Positions 53,251 to 64,000 of a stretch of DNA of 64,000 nt are shown here, one piece after another. Source of the DNA: Raillietiella orientalis (Eukaryota). The position numbers were made by a program, and so were the translations under genes. The notes under the pieces are model-generated. The model saw nothing but the letters and a program-made list of their open reading frames with translations, did no database searches and was not told the DNA's origin. Each line of letters begins with the position of its first letter. Positions within the stretch are counted from its first letter, which is position 1. The stretch spans positions 3,534,001 through 3,598,000 of the forward strand of contig JAYWIR010000015.1 of assembly GCA_036172245.1 (NCBI GenBank), given 5' to 3'.

Positions 53251-54299
53251 GTAAATGAAGTGCAGAAGGATTCCCGACTGCACAGAAGAATCGAGAGGAC
53301 CGAGTACGAGAAACGGTCCTGATGGAGAAAACTGACCGAAAGATGCTCCCACCTGGAAAGAGTTCTGTTCCTCTCTCAAAAGCTGAGAGTAATTCCTTTC
53401 GTTCTTTTTTTTTATTTTTATTTTTTTTCTCCTTCGTCCGCGAGACAGCAGCCTCCACACGTCGTCTCTGAATTGCTCGAGTTCCGCACGTTCTGTCACC
53501 ACACTTTCCTCGCACACTCCCGTCCCATTTCCGAGAACGTCTTTTTCTAGTCAAGGCACTGGACGCATCAGGAACGCCTGCCCCTACTGCCGCCTCTTTC
53601 CTTCCTCAAACTGGATGGTGGACGGCAACACGCTGAGGCTCGTACAAACAGAATGGCAGAACGGATCCCGGACGCAATCAGACACGGACGCGAACCTCCC
53701 AGCTCTACTTCCCCCCTCATCACTTGGCCGCGTAGAGAGCCCTGAGAGAAGCATGGGATGAACTCCTACCTGTAGCCGTATCCTCCGAAATGTCTTCACC
53801 AACCGCAAACTTAACGGTATGGAAACGAGGCTGGAGACCTCTGCTAGACTGGACGTGATTTTCGGTGAGGAAGAAGAGGGAAGTAGTGATGCCAGAGAAG
53901 AAGGAGGCGGCTGATCATGATAGGTACCGTGCAGAACGATAAAGCCAGCAGCTTCTTTTCCCAAGGCGGACGAGCAGTCCACGCGGAGGCTGCGATGAGG
54001 ACCACGGTGGCACCTAGAATGAGAAGAGAGACGAGGAGAGTTGCACGTGAACTGCGAGGATGAGGAAGTTTCGTCGGCACGACTGAACGGGGCCGAGCAG
54101 TATGCCGCTTCAGGAGCCCCAGCCCGGGGAAGGAAAAAAAACCAGGGACCACCTCTGCGTGGCAATCCGCTGGTTGTCAACGGGCAGCTGGCGACAACAA
54201 GCTGAGGACCCTCCCTACCCATGACAGGCTCTTTGTTGAGGAGGAAACTTTACGATACTAATTTTCCGACTCGCTTGAATTTTTCCTGAAGCATTTCAT

Positions 54300-55300
54300 A
54301 ATCCCTTCGCCTAGGGCGGAAAAGAGGTTCTAACTTCTTTCGGCTTCTGTGTCTAGCCCACATTCCTCCTGTACCCACATTTTTAAGAAAACATCTGTCT
54401 GCTCCGCTCGGAGTACTGTAAGAACAGAAGTATTTTGTGACTCGCAGGGCTCAGTGCAGATGGGAAAAGGCAAGCTTGGGAGCTGGCATTTCTTTCTTCT
54501 TCCGAAATCCATAGGTTGCAATATGCTTTTCTTGAATTCGCATCAGTACTTCTTCCCACCAAACTCAGCTTTTCACGACGCTTTTCGCAAATGCTTGAAA
54601 GGACCCCCGAAATTCCTGCTAGTGCAGAATCTGTCCTTAACAGAGTCCATTTGGTCCAGGTTTAGAGATTACTAGCTTCCGAAAACCATGGGAAGTGAGA
54701 ACAGGAAGAACATTTGAAACAATTGACTTAGCATGATGAGCACTGAACACTGGACTAGAGGAAGAGATGGCCCCACCTTTAGCAAATCTCTCTCCACTCC
54801 CTCTTAAGCTTGCCGGCACACTGCGTAAAGATCAAGAATTTTCCGTTTCGTCTGAGAGAGAGCGAGGACCCACTCCAAAAACTCATGACTGAAAGCCACA
54901 TCTCGGAAGACCAGCTAACCCACTCGAAAATTTCTGGTCCAAAAGTGGGATGTTTGAAAACGGCATTTCCGGTTGCAATAAGTATTCGAAATGCGCAGTG
55001 ACAATTCATCAGTACCAGGTTGTAGAATGCGCCCCTTGTTTTTGCTCCTCCTGGCAGGAACAGTTCTTAAGAGTCCATTTCGTCCATTTGTTCATTCTAA
55101 AGGTTTCATACCTTTTGATTCAGAAAACCAACAGCAAATCGGATTCTCCACAGATTCCTTCTTCCTTCGCACCTTTTGGTTGGCGCGTTTGCGTCTGCCC
55201 CTTCTTGACTGAATTGCCAAAACAGACTCCAACAACCGATTTTACCTGCGCCGTATGTTTTTGCAGATGGATGTGGAATCATGGATTTATTGATTTAAAT
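54300..55300 (-). mobile_element. Degenerate RLE-type remnant, RT end to knuckle
   Basis: VGVCFGNSVK, ICGESDLL, CAFRILIATGNAV, SFWSGSSLSLRR, KLVISKPG, CTEPCESQNTSVLTVL. Confidence 0.45.
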
Positions 55301-57309
55301 TAAGGTGTGTATTGGAAGAAAATCCTCAGAAGCAAATGCTTTCCTATTTACAGAGGGAAAGAAGAAGAAGAAAAGAACTCTATTCAAAATTCCCTCTCCT
55401 ATAAAAGCTAGTTTTTGAAGATTGCCAACGAAAACTGAACATGAAACTCAATAAGCACCCTCCAATTCGAACACTGGGGCTTAAATGGAGCGGAACAATC
55501 TAAGAATTGCTCTTAAAGAATGTCGTTAACATCGTTCAAAAGTATGGACGGTAAAAAAAATATATTATCTGCACTCTCAAGCCCACCATTTTGTCGATCT
55601 ATGATTATTTTTGGACTTTTGATCTCATTTTCTACGAATAACCGAGTCATTACTGCAACGTTACTGACTTGTGGTTTATTCAACAATTAGAAGCATTAAT
55701 GGTGATTATCAAAGGAGTATTCGTTCAGCATGTGGTGTAATTGACGGATTAGGCCTTGATTAATTTTCGACTTACAAAATCACTCCTCATTGAAACTAAG
55801 AAGGCTTAGGTTATGCTGGGAAAATAATAAGAATTGATATTTTTCTCATAGGATGCAGGGCGGATACACCAACTGGGGTCTTTAGTCAGGTAAGGATTGA
55901 AAAGACTGATGGTAGAATGAAAGGAGAGTTTTGCACACTAAGACCGGATGGATGAGAGGTCAGGAAAGGATCGAGATTTTTAGGACTAAACACCTAGTCA
56001 AAAGCAACCACCCGGGGTGATAAGTGACTATATAACTAAGCGCATACACAGTTCATCGACGAACCATATTTGGTCAATGAAACAATTTCCGCTCAAGTAA
56101 TTGTAATAATCATTAATGTGACAAAAGGGAAATGCATGTTTTCAATCATTACTGCCACTTGAGGCGAAGAATGCCATTGTCCCGCAACACTTGGGACCAC
56201 ATCAAGTCTTCATTAAGAATTCCCAGCAGGTGGCACCAGCGTAGAAGTCCTTGGGGCGGGGCACTTTGAGGTAGACCCTTATAGTAGCCACATATTCAGA
56301 AAGAGTATGTAGCAGTGATACCAGAGCTTGCAAGCTTCTATCTTGCCTCTGATCTCCTGGGTCCTATGGTATTAAATCTTCCAACGACTTTTTCTGCTTA
56401 TGATTATATGGCAGTACTGATTGAAATCAGGGGTCCTCCTATCCTCAGAGCACCTTCTTTGCAAGTAAAACTCCTGCCTTATATCGTTTTAGTTTTCGAA
56501 TTGAAATGAAACTGCAGGAAACAAAAAAACAAAAAAAAATAGCTCCTTGATTAATCAAATGCAATATAAAGCTGTTTTCTTCGATAGGAAGTGATGTCAT
56601 CTTCGTACCCAAAGCTATACATACGACCGCTTTAGATATAGAAACGCAAAGTAGAGAAATTTCAAGGATCCAACTTACCATCACCGACCGATGCGCTGTC
56701 CGAACAGCGTGTATCCTGAATTTTTTTTTTCCCTCCCCCCCCTTGTTCAGTTAGGCAAAACTGGTCCATGTTTGGCAATGAGTTTTGCAATGTTTGGAAT
56801 AAAGCATTACTAAGAACTTGGTTCCAAATTCAAAGCATTACTATGGTTAGCGCGAGTGCAAATTAGTGTTTAATGATCGATATTGCTATTTTGGATTTAG
56901 GTAGCACATTTTTGGCCCACATTGCATTACAGAAATATCTGCTTGCTATAAATAGTATCAAAGCAAGCAGCAATTTCGAAGCAATGGTCAGTTTGGTCCG
57001 TATTCGCAGAATGCAAAACCATACGAGCACCATAAAAAGCCGCTGAAAGTAACGCAAAATTACAATGGTTGCATCATCGTCAGTAAGATTGGAAAGGAAA
57101 TTCTATGCGTTAATGCGAGATGTTAATACCAATGAAAAACTCGCTTAAATCCCAATCAAGTTTCATCAATAACCAAAACCAGTGAAAGGAAAATAAATGA
57201 TCAGTGATTGCAATATTACATTTATTATTTTCTAATTCAACTCAACCACCTGATTCATACTGAACCAAAACTGAGTACTTGATTTTTAAGCATTTGCCTC
57301 GTAAGTGTG

Positions 57310-60300
57310 CTAGGAATTCACAACCGACAATTTAGAGTCTAAAGAAATGGGTAGTCCATAAACCACGATGGCTGCGGCAGTCGTGAACATTCGAGCACTT
57401 CGACGCGCTCGTATCACAGCACGGGGCAAACTAATTTTCTCTTCACTGAATGCATCTAGGAGATCCAGAGTCACACGATCACAATCCCTGTCTGTAACTT
57501 CATAAAGCAGTCCAACGCAGGCTCGACTGCCAGCCAAAAGAAAAATATATGGCATACCAAATGGTTCAAGATGCAACCCCAATCGCATAAGGTGCGAACT
57601 ACTGCACCCCATCAGGAAAGGTGAAATTTGGCACTTAAAATCGTTGAGTTTACTAGTCGGTAAATATTTGGAACCTGAACCATGGCCACAATAACTAAAT
57701 GAAAAGATGAAGCACACATAAGATACATGTTGGTACTTACAGATAGAAATCATGATGCTGCAGTTCTTGCAGCAAAACATCCACATCAGGTGGATGGCCT
57801 ATATAACCACTCCACTGAGGCTTTTGACGCACATATGGAGCCATACGTTCTTCAACTCCAGGCAAATCATTTCCTGGATTGATTAAATAAAACACAGAGT
57901 CATGATTCACCACGTTATTCGTGAAATGTGCTTGTAACTGTTCCACCAATAATTGCAGAGAAGGAAAACGGCTAACAGATTGATGCTTTAAACATGAAGT
58001 CATCTCCCATGGGATACAATGCAATTCCTAATAGAAATGAAAATAACGAATGGATGCAGAAGCCAGTACTCGGTCTAAGATAAGGAAGACGTGTCCACGC
58101 TCTGTCTCTTCTTTCCCCTTCTCTGGTGGAGACATCCAAGAAAGCCACTGCATGCACAAATCATCATTGGGTAGACAGCCTAAGATATGTGCCACTGCAG
58201 ATTGGATTTCCTCTTGTTGAAGTATAGCTCGGTTTTCCAGTAACAGTTCCAACAAAGTTCTTTGCCATGAACTCAGTTTGCAATAATTAGGTAATGACTG
58301 AGAACTAGTGGTATGAACTGATGGAGCAGGAAATATGAAACGCCATAGTCCCAACCAATCTTGGCTTACACCTTTCAAAAAATTCTAAAATACAAACTTT
58401 TAAGATAAACTTTATGAAGCTTTTACAGACCTTCATCCTCTGGTCCAATTGAGCCCTTAACTCCCAATACTCTTGCCTGTTTCCTTTCATTCTATCATCC
58501 TTATTAATACGAAGACTGGCTAGTAGGATACTATGTAGCTCTTTCAAAAGATCATCATTCTGAGGCTTATCCAAACGGATTACCAGGGTCTCCTTGCCTC
58601 GCTGTATTCGAGTAACAAACAGATAAGGCATCTGCAGTGTGAACACTTTACTGTTCTCTAAAGGTATCACATGATTGTGAGGATCTGCCCTTGGTGCTGA
58701 CGTAAGCTGTATCACACACCAATCTTTACAAGACAAGTATACACCACTCATTACTGATAGTCAACAGCACAACCTGCAGGAAGCAGCTCTTCCAATTTTT
58801 CTAAAATACTTGTTGGGTTACTTAGATTTGAAGAATAAACACTTAGTTGTTGCATTTGTTCTGTAAGTTCTTCAACAGATGAATCAACAAGAGAAGGCAC
58901 AAAGTGTAGTTCATCCTGATTCCTATCCTCTTTCAATACTTATAAGCTCAGCAAGTGTTTATATTTACTTCAAAATATGCCGTTCTTCTCGAAGGAACTT
59001 CTCATGCAACAGACGCAAGCTATGGCTATAGCCCAGAAATGAGGCACAGAGTTTGAACTGTCCAGATGAAAAGTATTGCAAAGCCTTGTGTTTGTAGAGT
59101 TCTGAAAACCAGTTACACATTACAACATAAGGATGAAGGGAAAACATACCTGCCAACTCAGGAGTAGGAGCTATTTCATGCAGGTTGCTTATAGCTTCCT
59201 CAATGTTCATGTTCACCCCAGGTTCTGAATTGACCTCTAACAATCACCAAACAAGAAAACACAAACGATGCTCCAAAAAAGATAGTGCACAGTTTTGTCT
59301 AGCATCGCATATTAATTAAATAAATGAAACTCATCAGAGAATACTGTAGCAGAAATGTTGGATGATCATAATCTTGATCACTTTTGCTTACTACCTATCC
59401 CATTCAAGGATTTCATCCATGCAATAAATTTCTGAGTACATTGCTAAATAATTAAGCAAAAAGATAACAACAAGGAATGACACCTGAACTGCTAAACAAC
59501 ATAAATAACAAAAACTGCAACAAAGTATCTTTCTAAACATAATCCATAAAACTAGCAAACAGAATCACATTTTCTAATTGTACACTAAATGATGAAGTTT
59601 AATATCACAGACCTCATCAGTTACTTTAATCTTACTATAAATAGATCAGATAGATCTCCAGTATGCAATTTATCCAAAATTGACAATATAACCATTAATT
59701 TCGGATCTATACAGAAACTGATTTTTTTTCTATCCCATTAAGAGCACTTGAAGTGATTGTAAGTCATTACAAAGAAGCTGTATTGAGTCCAAGATATTAC
59801 TGTTGAAGGTACTCACGAATTATTCAAATTCTGAGAAATTAACAAACAATGGATTTCTTTACCATAATAATCTTTTCAACATATGACTACCACTTTTCGG
59901 TTTCGGTGCTAATTATCTGCAATTTGCTTAAATCCACGCAATCAACAGTCAACAGGAGTTTCCACGAAACTCTGCGTCCTTGTATTTTGTGTTGAACTAT
60001 TTGCAGCTAATTTTGCATTTGCAAATTAGCCGTAAATAGTTGCAATAATCGTAAAAAAAAAAAAAGGGATCAGTATCAAATGTAAGTTTTTGAATTTCGT
60101 CGATCCTATGGAGCACTGAAAAAAAGTCTCGATTCGAGAGAACGTTGCCCACAATATGAGCCATGTATGTCGCACACCATTCCGTTTCCCAAGAGATACG
60201 CTCACTTCCACGGAACAAATAGCAAACCTTCACACATTGGCTTCCACACCAGTTTCGAAACTGGCGCTACACACTATCCAATAGCAAGGGGAGCACGGTT

Positions 60301-60330
60301 ACCATGGCTCCATAGAAGGAACAACATCAT
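57310..60330 (-). CDS. ESPL1: Separase (peptidase C50). Resolved exons: 59236-58969, 58922-58774, 58723-58431, 58384-58070, 58027-57741, 57694-57310; exons upstream of 59236 unresolved
   Basis: Spliced frame gives EYWELRAQLDQRMK..WLG, VFLILDRELHCIPWE..SVSRFPSL, FYLINPGNDL, catalytic His motif LYCGHGSG, catalytic Cys motif FLMGCSS, VGLLYEVTDRDCDR and AAAIVVYGLP. Introns are GT..AG, 42-50 nt, phase-consistent (the 58923 acceptor is purine-rich and weaker). The 5' coordinate is a guess. Confidence 0.9.
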
Positions 60331-60399
60331 TTTTTGAAAGAATAAGATAGACTAACCATTTGATGGATGTTTATGTATGAGTGAGACCATGTGAAACCT

Positions 60400-61790
60400 T
60401 GAATTCAATTTGATAAATAATATATTCGTTTTTATAAATTTGATTCTTATAATTAAGCTACTTCGAATAATAAACCTGGATCTCAGGTCTTCCTATGTAA
60501 AGAGGATAGACGTAAAAGATGGAGGTGTCTGATTACTAGTTGAATCGAAAAAATTATAAGAGACATAAGATGACTTATTATTCTAGAAATGAACCGAAAA
60601 AAAACAAAACATGAACATTATTTTCTTTGCATATCCTTCGTAATAAACAGATGATATTGATAGATGTGGTCATTCTTCCAGCTTAAAGTTTGAGAATTTG
60701 TTATATTGCTTACTTCAATTGCTTTTGGAGCATACGTGGCGAATTCATTACTGGGAACACAAACTCCCTATTGCACCCTGTAGATGCAAGTCAAAATAGG
60801 CCGCACGGGCTGATGTGTTGGCTGGTACATGTTACACCTTAAAGGTAAAGGTCACTTGGTGTCTGAGACTCTGATGCTCTTGTTTTACTTATAAATTTGC
60901 TACTTGAACAGTGGAATATGTTCACAATCATTAGTAAAATGCCAGTCGAATGAGTTCGAGGTGGCGTCGATAAGATTCGCAGAACGGGATTAGAAGACAC
61001 GTGCTTGAGTCGCCGACTAAAACTGCGTCTTCATGAAGCATGTTACCGAATAATGTGTGGGATTTGCGTGAACAGTGAATATAATTTACCTGGTTATGAA
61101 AGCACTATATAATAATCAGAATGTATTAGTTTTCACTTATTATGGTTTCAACCCCCAGGAGAAATGGATGCATTCATTTAGTGCTATCAAGGTTTTGAAT
61201 GGGATGGGATGATGTCGCGCGGGTCACGCATTGAGTTGGCGACTCACTGCGTCCCTTGTAGGGTCACGTTATGTGACCTCTAGTCCCCGTGGGTTCACTT
61301 TATGTAAATTTGTTTGATTTCAATTTCGTTTTCGCATCATGAACAGTTTCCTGCTGTAGTATTATGCATTGTTTTTTCTTTTCTTTTTTCTCCCTACTGT
61401 CTAGGTAAACCAGTGCTTTTACCGTCAGTTTCAGAACTTATGAATTTTGCCCGGGAGTGCATGAGGTAGCAGCAGTACGCAAGGCTATGTACCTAAAAAG
61501 AATCGGGATCAGTCTTTACAACTTGGTAAACGTTTTTCTTTCACACAGACTTTGGGATTTGTATTTGAATTGATCGTATTAATGTTACTTATTTAATCCG
61601 GAAAATTATTTCCATTCCCTTTCCATCTTTGGCCCCGTAAAATAATTTTTCGTGATATTCACAGTTCAAAGTGCAACTTGTGATTATTTTGAAACGTTTT
61701 CGCATTATTCACTCGATTTTTGAAACTTTAATTGTGGCTTTCACTATCCATAATGCTCTGTTACACTTGATTATCAGGAAAATAAACTAT
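60400..61790. promoter_or_regulatory. Probable divergent promoter region between separase and ETFA
   Basis: Head-to-head gene orientation; locally CpG-richer segments at ~60950-61060 and ~61210-61300 with repeated motifs. Start sites are not determined. Confidence 0.45.
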
Positions 61791-61894
61791 AAATGTCTGT
61801 ATGATTTTTGTAATACGTATTTAACATTGTGCTCTATTTTTGGTACCAACTTTACAAATGTGAATGCTATTTCAAGTAAGAAATGCAATTTTAG

Positions 61895-62970
<1,076 letters not shown>

Positions 62971-62982
<12 letters not shown>

Positions 62983-64000
62983 ATAAATTCTGCCTGTAGT
63001 CAAAATAAGGTACACAAACAAGAGGAACTGAATTTTTCTGGCCACCTGTTGTGATTCGACTTTGGAAAGCAAGAGTTGCTTAATAATTGTGGTGAAGATC
63101 TCTTTCTGATCAATTAATTGGATTAGCAACTTGAAAAAATAAGAAGGAAAAAGTGTTAATGCATTTTGATCTTCCCCTACCATGCTTAACAATAAAAAAT
63201 AAAAAAATAAGGTTTCGAGAAAGGGCTGATTAAATTGATCATCCCTGATGCAAAGGGATTCAATGCACAAAATGTAAGTGAATTGTGAAAGTGTCCATTT
63301 TCATCAACACATATGTGTATATTTTCTTAACTGGAGGGCATTTACATTTTTAAGGGTGTTAATGAGCCCAAGCTTTTGCACTTATGCTTCAGATGTAGCT
63401 TGGGAAAATTAAGAGAATAAAGTAGTCATATTATTGAATAACTACTATGTCTTATCGATTATTAGGTTTTCTGGACATTTCATGAACAAGGTTTGGTTAT
63501 TCGTAAAAAGGAAAAAATTTCAATTGTTTTGTCCTAGTTGTTCCTATGTTCTGCATTCTATTCTTCTTACATGTTTGCTTCATTGTTATTAGACAAATTA
63601 GGGTATTATTGTGATGAGATGAATTTTTAATTGAGAATTTTGTTACAGTTTAGGCATGCATCAAGTATGAAATATACTCTATCTGCAAATATTCTAAAGA
63701 ATAAGCTAAGGAATGGTTTCCTTATTTACTGTACTCTTGAATTTGTTATATGCTATGAAAATAATGTATTTATGTTGCATATGATCCTGGTAAGAATTAT
63801 CACTTTCCTCATGCTTGGGAAATGAGATGTGCTTTCCAATAATATTGTTAGAAAAGGTCATCTGATACTATAAAAACACTGCATTATCATCTCTACCATA
63901 TCACATTTAAGTAAAAAGTGTAATTTTTTCGTTTGCAAAAATTGAGTTACATAATAATGGTAAGTCTTGCAAGGAAAAGTACAAAGTTTGTCCTGAACTG
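62971..64000 (-). CDS. Possible 3' end of an unidentified gene convergent with ETFA
   Basis: 99-codon stop-free frame in AT-rich DNA (62971-63270) with a plausible acceptor (ctttgcatcag, AG at 63246-63245) and further open stretches toward the window end; no recognised domain. Confidence 0.3.

Noticed and set aside
53584..54222. GC-rich patch with a 212-aa minus ORF
   Set aside because: Ser-rich, no recognisable domain; possibly another retroelement fragment but I could not support a call.
56770..56845. Short direct repeats (AAAGCATTACTA twice); similar pairs at ~30165 and ~41703
   Set aside because: Two-copy micro-duplications with no further structure.
60249..60264. Perfect 16-bp palindrome CCAGTTTCGAAACTGG
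   Set aside because: About one 8-bp-arm palindrome is expected by chance in this length; it probably lies in coding sequence.

Overview
Eukaryotic (invertebrate animal, probably arthropod) genomic DNA, not prokaryotic; most ORFs in the supplied track are spurious or antisense shadows. Three zones. (1) A visibly GC-rich block (~8-23.5 kb) carries the last nine coding exons of an ADAM10/Kuzbanian-like metalloprotease (+, 15626-22230); I could not find its 5' exons in the window. (2) ~1-8 kb and ~23.5-55.3 kb are largely decayed transposons: one internally deleted piggyBac, about eight L1/Tx1-type non-LTR fragments sharing a C-terminal motif, and roughly a dozen eroded RLE-type (R2/NeSL/Utopia-like) non-LTR remnants. 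(3) An AT-rich, gene-dense end (55.3-64 kb) with 41-50 nt introns holds a compact separase (-), a divergently transcribed ETF-alpha (+) and probably an unidentified convergent gene. I found no convincing new multi-gene system. The best leads are the short separase, the dispersed RLE remnants, a pre-miRNA-like hairpin at 45691-45756 and the sharp GC/intron-architecture contrast. Family calls come from manual translation and remembered motifs, not searches; transposon boundaries are approximate.
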